Source: Histomonas meleagridis 2922-C6/04-290x (lineage: Eukaryota > Protista > Parabasalia). From it: 64,000 nt of DNA. Shown in pieces: positions 54,656-64,000 of this stretch (position 1 is its first letter; each line of letters begins with the position of its first letter). The notes beneath the pieces were generated by a model. It had not been told where the DNA came from. It saw only the letters and a program-made list of their open reading frames with translations, and ran no database searches. The stretch covers positions 62,001 to 126,000 of the forward strand of contig JAANOX010000225.1 of NCBI GenBank assembly GCA_020184695.1, written 5' to 3'. The translations under genes and the position numbers were made by a program.

Positions 54656-57600
54656 ATGGATAAGCAAATAACCGAACAATTAACATCAATATTATTATCA
54701 AACATACAGCATGAGATATATCCTGAGCATGCATCCATTGATGAAATAATTTATTTTTCTGCATATGCATGGTTATCTGGGAAGAAAAAATATCAAATAA
54801 CTCTTGATAAAATATGCAAAATCAATCAAAGAGATTGTATCAAAATTCTTTTAATAAATATGAAGAATGCAATTTTCCAAGGAGAAAAAACCACAACATT
54901 ATTTCTTCGAAAGTATTTTATCATTAATGAAATGATACAAAATATTTCTGATTTAAAATATGATACATATTATGATAATGAATTAATTACATTGTTATTT
55001 TTAAAGCTTCCTTCAAAATATGAAAAACTTCAATCTAAAGTTGATCAATCAATATGGATCATTTTGAAATTATTCATAAAAAAAGGAATGAATCCAATAA
55101 ATTTCGACTTGATTCAAAAAGAGGGAATGAAACCAGATTATGCATTAACAATGTTAAATCATATATTAGAGATTAATTGCACTAAAAGTACTTTCATTGG
55201 TTGTATTAAAATTATTCCACAAATATTAGAAATTGTTCCATCAGAACAAAAAAATAATGCAGCTAGATTAATATATTCAATTTTTGATTCATTTTCTTCT
55301 AATAACCCATTTCTTTATGAAGAATTATTAAGTGAAATAAATGTAGATGATGTTAATGCATTGCAACAGAAAATTCATGATATGAAAATAAATCATGATG
55401 GAGATTATGAACATTTATTTTGCGTATTAAATTCTTTATGCGCAAAAACAAATCCGGTAATTTCTTCAAAAGGAAAAGGTTTTCTTTATTCAATTGTACA
55501 GCAAGCATCAGCTCGGAAAACTAAAAAAAATCAAATGAAATCACTTCCACATTGTTTGCTTAATGTCGAAATGTTTTATGGCTCAATAGTAATGGATAAT
55601 ATAACTATGTATCATGAATACAAAGAACATCAACAGAAGAAGTTTGAGAAATATATTTTTCTCAAACAGCATAAAAAGCCAATAATTAATCAAGAATTTG
55701 CTATAACATTTTTACCAAAATATACTGCATTGAGCTTCTATGTAAAATCATTTAATAGTGATGCATATAAAACATTAATAGTATATAAAGAATCATTTGG
55801 TGATATTGCATATTTGATTTTTTTAGATTTAATATATAATGGATATCCAAGAATGATTGACTTAAGTATAACTAAGAATACTCTCATGAAAGAATTAAAA
55901 TCACGTTTATTTACATTAACTCAATTTCTGAAGGAAAATCAAGGAGAAGTTTCTGAAGATATAAATGTTTTTATAAACTTAGTTACACAATTTTTTTATG
56001 ATAAACAATTACTTTCATATCAAAAGCTAAATGATTTCTTAGAATCCATTTTGAATTTTGATGAAATTTGCGAAATGATAACATTGTTCATCCTAATTAC
56101 TACTGGAAATTTATCTGATAAAATCACAAACTTGCTTCATATATTTGCCAAAATATTTAATTTCGAATTATTTTTCCAAAAAATAATTCTAGAAACATCT
56201 AAAAAGGAAATAGATCAAAGAATCCTTGAACTTATCAAATTATTTTTAGCAGAAACCAAAAAATTGATTTCAATGGCTTCCCCAATAGCAACATTTCTTC
56301 CACTTATATTTTATAAATTTTTAATTTGGCTATTAGAAATTGAAAAAGTAACAAAAACAAAAATAGAAAAGAAATCAACCAACATAATAATTTCAATATC
56401 AATATTACTTCATGCAGTAACTTCAAGTAAAATTTTAAAGAAAATAGAAAAAACTTTACATTTATTTGATCAAATCGAAAAGAAACATATTTTTCCAATA
56501 AAAGATTTAAGAGATGATAAAACTATTTCATCATCTGTTGAAATTATTTTCTTAGCATGGACATCAAGTTTATTAGCAATAACACAAAAATCTAGTTCAA
56601 TGCTTGAAATTCCTTGGGATCTTAACTTACAATCTTATCCAAATTCGTTTGAAGCTTCTCTAGAAATTTTTTCATGTTGTACTTCATTTTTATGTCAATA
56701 TGTATTTTTAGTTTCTTCAATGGTAATAATTGGTAAAGACAAATTTAAACCATCTCAACAATTTTTTCGTGTATGTATAAAATACATTGAAACAATTGAT
56801 TTTGTAAATACAAATTTTACAATGGTATTTAAGAATTTAAATCCATGTTTATATAAAAAATTTATATTTAATGTCGAACAAATTATATATGAGAAATATC
56901 AAAACCTTGAATTTTCTAAACAAGTTTTTTGGGTAAACATTGTGAATTTATTAAATTATTCATTAAATAACACAGAATTTCCTAAAGAATTTTTACCAAA
57001 TTATGAAGAATTAATATCTTTAATTTCTTCGATGATTCATTTTGATGCTTTTGATGATAATCCATCTGAAATATTTATTTCATTATGTGATCTTATAATT
57101 TCAGTATATTCGATTCCTATAAAGAAAAGTCAATCATTTTCTAAATCATTAACAATAAAGTTTTTATATTTGTTAATAAAGTATATTAATACTTCATTAG
57201 TCAATAATATTAAAGTTACATCTAAAATTTGTGATGTTTTGCCACTTCTTTTCAAAAAATTCTCATATAACTTTTATGAAGCATATCCATATCTATCAGA
57301 AACATCGATTTATGAAAAAGAAAAATCATTATATCTATTTATTCTATCTGTTTTTGATCAAATTATAACAAAAACAAGGAAAAAAACACTTATTCATACA
57401 ATACAAAAATGTCTTTATTATATACTTCAAAGAAATGCTTCTCAAGTATGGAAATTATATCTTGAATATTCAAAAGTTTCTCATCAGCTTCTTACTTCTA
57501 TTTTATTTGAATCATTAACATGTCTTTTTAATGTTGAATATCATTCAACAAATATACCATCAAAAAAAATGTTTCCACAAATATCTATATCTTCTGATGA

Positions 57601-60600
57601 AAAAATTCGAAGTTTCTCTATTGAGAAAAATCAATTTTCAAAACCATTATCAATGATTCCACCAAAAATGTCTTTAGCTCCGAACACATTAAAAAGTAAA
57701 CATATTTCACCACAACTAGCACTTAAAAATTTATATAAAATATCACATCAAAGAAATATTACGAATTCTTCACAAATTAAAATGGAATATAAAAATAAAA
57801 TATTTGACTTTTTAACAAATGATAATTTTAATATTTTTATTAATCCTCCAACATTAAATTTTCTATTTTTTAAAGCAGCAATTTCATGTTGTATATCATT
57901 TGGTATATATGAAAAACTATTTCAAGTAATGACTTTATCATTTGCTTCTACTAATATGAATTTATATGAAAAAAATCAATATTCGAAATTTTATATAACA
58001 TTTTTTACATTTCTAATTCAAGATTGGCAATTAGAAGATTTTATTTTGTTTGCAAAAAAGCAAAAAATTGTTCAATTTATAGAATCATTTAAACCATCAA
58101 TGGCATTTGTATATTTTCTTCATCTTTTTAATAAAATAGTAAAAAATATTGATATTGTAATATCACTTATTATTCATTGTTTTATTGTACCAATAATGGA
58201 TGAACCATTACAATATTCATTAACAATAGATACCACAAAATTAGATTTGGATTCATCTATATTTTCACAACTTTTAAAAGAGTATAATGCATTTAGAAAT
58301 ATTGTAATAACAATTTTAAAGGCAGAAGCATATTTTCCAATTCTTGAAACTCATCCAATTGAAAAGAACATTGATATATTATATAAATATATATCTCAAA
58401 GGCCATCTGTTATAGATACTAGAGATAAAAATAAAAATTCATTTGCAGATGAAATAAAAATTCCGAAACCAAATTATCAAAATCTTCATATAATAAATCA
58501 ACCATCAAATTGGATTAAAAAAGTTAGAAATAAAAATACAAACAATAAAATATATTATATATTACCAGATCAAATACCAAATTTAGATTATGATTTAATA
58601 TTATATGATTTTTATTCACATTTAAGTAACAAAGAAAACAAAATAATATTTTATTTAAATGCTTCATATATTCCTCCACAAACATTTGATAAGTTCCTTA
58701 GGTTTATTAAAATGATGTCTGAATCATTTACCAAAAAAGTCTCTAAAATCATTTTGATTAATCCTAATTCATCAGTAATATCATATCTTCGAAGAAGTGA
58801 TTCAACATCTTTGATGAATAAAATACAAATTACAAATAGTGCAGAAACAGAAATTCTTGAGAATGAACCAATATATCTTCCAATGAATGCATTTAGTGAA
58901 GATATTAAAAATCATGGATATTTCAAAGTTAAATCACTTGGAATAGATTCCAAACTATATATTGGTGATGATTCATTTATTTTATATTCTGATGGGAAAA
59001 TACATGATAAAAAATATGTTGTATTAAGGGAGTTATTAATTGATCAAATATCTTCATGTGAAATAAATGAAAATATATTAATATTTAGTATTGTTCAGAA
59101 TAATACTCTTTTTAAAGTAAAACTTAATAGTGAAGCCAAAAAATATATTAAAAATGCATATACTTGTATGAAAATGAAAAAAGAATTAGCTATAAATAAA
59201 GTTTCAAATAATTATAATTCGCCAAGTTATAGAGAAGAATGTATTGCAGTAGCAATTTATGTTCTTGCATCAGGCGTTTCAATATTATATCAACCTGCTT
59301 ATCAACTTCTTGAAGCAGCAATTCGAGATGGAGATAAATTATGTAATTGTGATATTCAAGATTATACAACAGTATCAAATATTCTTGTTAGTTTTTATGA
59401 AGAAATTAAAGAAAAAGGTTTAATTGATAATGTTTCACTTTTAATTGCAGATTTAATACCTTTTTTATTGCCACCAAAATCTGATAATACATTTGTTTTA
59501 TCAAATACTGCAATTACTTTCCTACAAAATGTATTACCTTTGTTTCTTATATTTATGAATTCATCAACTAATAAATATTGTATATCGAAAATAACAAATA
59601 TTTTGCTTGAAGTTTCAAAAAGTTCAATTGGGCTTTCGATATTAGAGAAAAACTTTTGGTGTGATATTAAATCAAAAATAGGTCTAAAATTTTCATTACA
59701 AAATATAATAATATCTAATCTTTCATTATCGATAATACAAAGAACGATTCATTCACTTCTTGAATGTAATTATATTTATGTTGGTAAATTATTATTATAT
59801 CATCATCTAGATGGTGTTACTCAACGTAAGAATTATTGTAAAGAATTAAACTTAGAGAAAATTTTTTCAATTCTTGCTTCGATTCCTTTTTTATTTCCTG
59901 AATTAATTCTCCAAAATCTTCCGCAAATATTCTTTTGTTCGATTATGAGTGGAATTCATGCGCCTAAATCAGTAACAGAGAAAGTTTCGATATTTATTGA
60001 CTTAGTTCTTAATTCTATTGGTACATATCATACAAACATTGATATAAATAAATATAAAGGTATTATAATGAATTTGCAACAACGAAAAGTATCATTAGTT
60101 GATATGGTTTATATGGGACAAAAATTAATAAAATCTGTTAATAAAAATGATAAAAAGGAATTTTTGAATTTAATGATGAATTATGAAGTTGGTGATAATC
60201 CGGATATATGGTATTTAAAGGCTTTTATTCATGTTCAAAAAAGTAATGATACATCACAATATACTATAATTGCACAACGATATCTATTTCTTCTTCCTAA
60301 AATGCTTGATGATGAATATAGAGTACAAAAGTTATATATGGTATTTACTACTTTTATTAAAGTAATTAATTCTTTTCCATCTGATTCTTTAATATTAGTA
60401 CTTTTATTTTGGGCAGCAATGATATTATCTAATCATTCATATACAAATCTAAGAAATTCCGCACTTTTCTTAATGAGTAAAATATTATGTTCAATTACAA
60501 TCGAAGAATATCATAAAGGAACTCAAAATATTTCTACATATGCTGAAAGTCAAAGTATTAAATCATTTAGTGAATCATTAAATATTAATTTTAATGAAGA

Positions 60601-61234
60601 TTTCGCATTTTCACTTATGATTTCCTTGACCAAATCATTTGAAGAAATAGATTCAAGAAAAAACGCATTAAATTGTATGAAAGATTTAATTAATTCTTCA
60701 GTGAATTATCCAATGCTTGCAATAATATATACACTTCCATTTATATCTTATTGTAGTGAAGATTATTCATGGATATTAAAATTAGGATTTAAAGATGTCG
60801 ATACAAGTTCTTTCCCAAGTTTCATATTCTCTGGATTCGATAAAAGAAAAGAAGTTGAAATTAATAATATCATGAATTATTTCGAAATGGTTTATGGTGA
60901 TAGATATTGTTTACATAAGTTAGAAGCTATCTCGGAATGTTTAATATATGGTGTGAATAATTTCCCTGATTACTTTGGAAGAATTGCTAATAAAATACAA
61001 GAGAAAACAATGAGAATTTGGGAATTAATAAAAATGGGAATAAAATTTGAAATAATGTCATCCGTTCTTTCATGTTTCATGAATCCAAAGTTTAAGAACA
61101 TTGAACAAATAACTGTTTCATTGAAAAGAAATGAGGATCATTTAAATGATGATGTATTACTGACGTATATTAATGCATGCATTAATAAATTGTTCAATTT
61201 ATTAAGTGAAGAAAGTCAAAATGCATCTAATTGA
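54656..61234 (+). CDS. Neurofibromin (NF1/IRA)-like protein with Sec14-PH module and degenerate RasGAP domain
   Basis: YYILPDQIPNLDYDLILY...VSKIILINPNS resembles the NF1 Sec14 domain. LLFWAAMIL...NLRNSALFL...LNINFNEDFAFSLM matches the NF1 C-terminal block. Confidence 0.7.
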   Translation: MDKQITEQLTSILLSNIQHEIYPEHASIDEIIYFSAYAWLSGKKKYQITLDKICKINQRDCIKILLINMKNAIFQGEKTTTLFLRKYFIINEMIQNISDLKYDTYYDNELITLLFLKLPSKYEKLQSKVDQSIWIILKLFIKKGMNPINFDLIQKEGMKPDYALTMLNHILEINCTKSTFIGCIKIIPQILEIVPSEQKNNAARLIYSIFDSFSSNNPFLYEELLSEINVDDVNALQQKIHDMKINHDGDYEHLFCVLNSLCAKTNPVISSKGKGFLYSIVQQASARKTKKNQMKSLPHCLLNVEMFYGSIVMDNITMYHEYKEHQQKKFEKYIFLKQHKKPIINQEFAITFLPKYTALSFYVKSFNSDAYKTLIVYKESFGDIAYLIFLDLIYNGYPRMIDLSITKNTLMKELKSRLFTLTQFLKENQGEVSEDINVFINLVTQFFYDKQLLSYQKLNDFLESILNFDEICEMITLFILITTGNLSDKITNLLHIFAKIFNFELFFQKIILETSKKEIDQRILELIKLFLAETKKLISMASPIATFLPLIFYKFLIWLLEIEKVTKTKIEKKSTNIIISISILLHAVTSSKILKKIEKTLHLFDQIEKKHIFPIKDLRDDKTISSSVEIIFLAWTSSLLAITQKSSSMLEIPWDLNLQSYPNSFEASLEIFSCCTSFLCQYVFLVSSMVIIGKDKFKPSQQFFRVCIKYIETIDFVNTNFTMVFKNLNPCLYKKFIFNVEQIIYEKYQNLEFSKQVFWVNIVNLLNYSLNNTEFPKEFLPNYEELISLISSMIHFDAFDDNPSEIFISLCDLIISVYSIPIKKSQSFSKSLTIKFLYLLIKYINTSLVNNIKVTSKICDVLPLLFKKFSYNFYEAYPYLSETSIYEKEKSLYLFILSVFDQIITKTRKKTLIHTIQKCLYYILQRNASQVWKLYLEYSKVSHQLLTSILFESLTCLFNVEYHSTNIPSKKMFPQISISSDEKIRSFSIEKNQFSKPLSMIPPKMSLAPNTLKSKHISPQLALKNLYKISHQRNITNSSQIKMEYKNKIFDFLTNDNFNIFINPPTLNFLFFKAAISCCISFGIYEKLFQVMTLSFASTNMNLYEKNQYSKFYITFFTFLIQDWQLEDFILFAKKQKIVQFIESFKPSMAFVYFLHLFNKIVKNIDIVISLIIHCFIVPIMDEPLQYSLTIDTTKLDLDSSIFSQLLKEYNAFRNIVITILKAEAYFPILETHPIEKNIDILYKYISQRPSVIDTRDKNKNSFADEIKIPKPNYQNLHIINQPSNWIKKVRNKNTNNKIYYILPDQIPNLDYDLILYDFYSHLSNKENKIIFYLNASYIPPQTFDKFLRFIKMMSESFTKKVSKIILINPNSSVISYLRRSDSTSLMNKIQITNSAETEILENEPIYLPMNAFSEDIKNHGYFKVKSLGIDSKLYIGDDSFILYSDGKIHDKKYVVLRELLIDQISSCEINENILIFSIVQNNTLFKVKLNSEAKKYIKNAYTCMKMKKELAINKVSNNYNSPSYREECIAVAIYVLASGVSILYQPAYQLLEAAIRDGDKLCNCDIQDYTTVSNILVSFYEEIKEKGLIDNVSLLIADLIPFLLPPKSDNTFVLSNTAITFLQNVLPLFLIFMNSSTNKYCISKITNILLEVSKSSIGLSILEKNFWCDIKSKIGLKFSLQNIIISNLSLSIIQRTIHSLLECNYIYVGKLLLYHHLDGVTQRKNYCKELNLEKIFSILASIPFLFPELILQNLPQIFFCSIMSGIHAPKSVTEKVSIFIDLVLNSIGTYHTNIDINKYKGIIMNLQQRKVSLVDMVYMGQKLIKSVNKNDKKEFLNLMMNYEVGDNPDIWYLKAFIHVQKSNDTSQYTIIAQRYLFLLPKMLDDEYRVQKLYMVFTTFIKVINSFPSDSLILVLLFWAAMILSNHSYTNLRNSALFLMSKILCSITIEEYHKGTQNISTYAESQSIKSFSESLNINFNEDFAFSLMISLTKSFEEIDSRKNALNCMKDLINSSVNYPMLAIIYTLPFISYCSEDYSWILKLGFKDVDTSSFPSFIFSGFDKRKEVEINNIMNYFEMVYGDRYCLHKLEAISECLIYGVNNFPDYFGRIANKIQEKTMRIWELIKMGIKFEIMSSVLSCFMNPKFKNIEQITVSLKRNEDHLNDDVLLTYINACINKLFNLLSEESQNASN

Positions 61235-62554
61235 AATGCTGCAACATAATTGTTTGAATATTTTTTATGTTGATGACCAATATGTCAATAAAAAATTATT
61301 TAAACGATTTTTGAATATGTTTAAATGCTTCACGAGATCAAAAAATGCATATATATATTATGGGATGCTGAGAAAATCCTCGACTAGAAATTCTCTAGGT
61401 TTTTCATTTTCAATGTTTTATCTTTGCCTATATAATGTGATTAAAATATTAGATCAAATCTTCAGATCGAAGACTATATCGATCTCTTTGAAATTTTATA
61501 ATTTATAAATTATAAACTAACATATTAATAATTAAGGTCATTTAGAAAATCCATTGTTGATTTATGATAAAAGAAATATCAATATTTCAATAATTTTATC
61601 GCAACCACATAGCTCTTTAATATTTACATATAAAATCAGAAGTGATTATCGCATTCACTTTATAATAAATTAGTCAATGTATTTGAATACTTTACATGCA
61701 TAAACTATAGAAATAATTTCTGTAATACAAACTTTTTGAGCGTTCGTAATTCAAAGGTGTTCGATGTTTGCTTGATGACAAAAGATGTCATTTGGTTACT
61801 TTAATTTTTTAACAGAATTAATATACAAATTCATTCTGGAACCTATGTCACTTTTCATAAAAAAAAACATCGCGTTTCAGCTTTGTGAACATCTTCCGAT
61901 TGCAAAAACAATAAAACACGTATCAGCAAAAGTTGAACCAACGAAACGAAAAAAGGCGGGACGGTTGAAGCTCTCTGTATCGTTTTTGACTGATTTATCA
62001 ATAAGTTTCTCAAGTTTTCACACGGATGTGTGTTTTCTTCTTGGCTTTCCCTATGCATTTCTTTTGTTTATTACGAATCTCTCAACAAAATTCAGGTTCA
62101 AAGATTTTTAGTAATCAATTATCTATTTCTCAAACTTTTAAACACTCCATTTCCCTTACTTCAGAATCCAAAGGGGATACATACTTTACATTCTCATCTC
62201 GTGACGAAGCGAATGTATCCATTAAAGAAACAAATTTTATTATGCTAAAAGATAATGAATCCAATCCATTTAATATCAGTGCAGGAAAATATCATTGGCA
62301 TTTCCCTTTATTAAAATCACCAATTTCATATGTTGAACATTATTTCAAATTCTTTTCTTTAGTGCTTAATCATTTCTCATTGAAAGCACATTTAGCAATG
62401 CCAATGAATGGTAGTTTCATAAAGAAAATGTTCAAATTCAATGAAAATGCCCAAGCTCTAATGCGTTACTTTTTTATTTTGGGATTTTTATCGTTTTATG
62501 AAATTATATTTTTATTTAACAAATTGAAAACAAACGAAAAGAAAAAACATAAAA

Positions 62555-64000
62555 ATGTTTTAATTTTTGTTATATTTTTCATAAATTCTTTTCATTTATT
62601 TTATGATCATAATTTAACATTAACAATAACAAACTCAAGTGATTTTGAAGAAATTGAACAATATAAAGACAACACGAAATATATATATATATTAGTGAAG
62701 GAATTTATACCATTCCAGCTAATTCATTTTCAGGATGGCCATCAGTTATTTCAGTTAATTTTGGTAATTCTATAACAGATATTGGTGTTAGGGCGTTTTC
62801 ATCATGTTCTAATTTAGAAATTATTATTTTTGGAGAAAATGTTACAATAATTGGTGATTCAGCATTTTCAACATGTTCATCAATCAAAAACATTACAATT
62901 CCAAATTCAGTCACAAACATTGGAAATTATGCGTTTTCATCATGTTCTAATTTAGAAATGATTATTTTTGGAGAAAATGTTGCAATAATTGGTAGTGGAG
63001 CATTTTCATCATGTTTATCAATCAAAAACATTACAATTCCAAATTCAGTCACAAAAATTGGTGGTCATGCGTTTTCATTCTGTTCTAATTTAATGATATT
63101 AACACTTGGGTATGGAATAACAGAAATTGGCGTATCAGCATTTGGAAATTGTAACGCACTTGAATGCATTTATTATTATGGAACTAACGAACCAAATATT
63201 GGAGAAAATGCATTTTCTAATATTAAAACAACAACAGTTATAACATATCCAACATATATCAAAAGTAACTTTGGGATATTAAATGTTATCAAATCATATT
63301 CAGAAGGAAACTGCAAACCAATTCCAACACTTTCATTTTCATCATCACATACATTCAGTCGAAGTAATACATATTCACAGTCAAACACATTCATTAGAAG
63401 TAACACATATTCACAGTCAAATACATTCAGTCGAAGTAACACATATTCTCAGTCAAATACATTCATTAGAAGTAACACATATTCTCAGTCAAATACATAT
63501 TCTCAATCGCATGCATTCAGTATTGATACATTTGCAAAATCAAATACATTTACTGAATCATTTCAAAATGATTTAACGAAATCTTTTTCATACCTGTTAA
63601 CAGTCACATTATCATTTACATATTCATTTACTTATTACGAAATACAAACAAAATCACTTTTACTATATACAATTAATTCATCGAATGCTTATATTGAAAC
63701 AGAATTTATATATTATGATTACACAGTTATTATTTATTCAACTTATTATATTTATTATTCGAACTTCTTTACATTTATTTATAACAATGAATTTCAAACA
63801 ATTGATAATAAAACAACAATTATCATAATAATCGTTTGCGTTATTGTTGCTGTTATTATTATAATTTCATTACTTATTATATTATTGATACGAATTAAAA
63901 ATAAAAAAGAAGAAATTGACGAGAATGAAATTTCAGAACAACAAAATGATAACCAAACCACAAACACATTCACAACAGGAATATCTATATCAAATATCGA
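62555..64000 (+). CDS. BspA-like LRR type I membrane protein with S/T hexapeptide repeats, partial and frameshifted near the 5' end
   Basis: From 62691 the open frame reads ISEGIYTIPANSFSGW, then IGxxAFxxCSxL repeats, SNTFSR/SNTYSQ repeats (~63345-63560), a transmembrane helix (IIIIVCVIVAVIIIISLLIILL) and an acidic tail. Frameshifts lie at the T-run near 62558 and the (AT)n near 62680. Confidence 0.8.

Noticed and set aside
61990-62520. Minus-strand frame with several TGA codons (TGA=Trp or hypermutation)
   Set aside because: It is the shadow register of the open + frame, where xxT-CAx codon pairs generate TGA. The + ORF 62026 itself has no recognisable domain and was not called.

Overview
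AT-rich, intron-poor eukaryotic DNA, almost certainly from a parabasalid (trichomonad, Tritrichomonas/Histomonas-like). The evidence is BspA LRR genes, DUF3447-type ankyrin genes, DD34D mariners, TCACT initiator motifs and a GTATGT...CTAACACAYAG intron. Housekeeping genes include a WD40/DCAF protein, VAMP7, NAP1, an importin-beta, RSL1D1, CTF4, XPF, GDP-mannose 3,5-epimerase, a Cdc48-like AAA protein, a neurofibromin-like protein and two tRNA-Lys(CTT). They alternate with accessory DNA. The main unexplained structure is five ankyrin-repeat arrays in which stop-free ~90-nt ankyrin modules alternate with U-rich, frame-breaking spacers. Of 34 spacers counted by hand, 20 are exactly 80 nt and 24 are exact multiples of 20 nt (40, 60, 80, 100, 120). 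They are built of ~20-nt units, lack conserved GT-AG ends, and always sit at the ankyrin beta-hairpin tip. This suggests an undescribed non-canonical processing or recoding system, which is inference only. Also present are two nested mariners inside one spacer, a C/D snoRNA inside a canonical intron, a perfect (AAT)200 tract, a MITE and several candidate laterally acquired genes. A few homopolymer and microsatellite frameshifts suggest some assembly indel errors.
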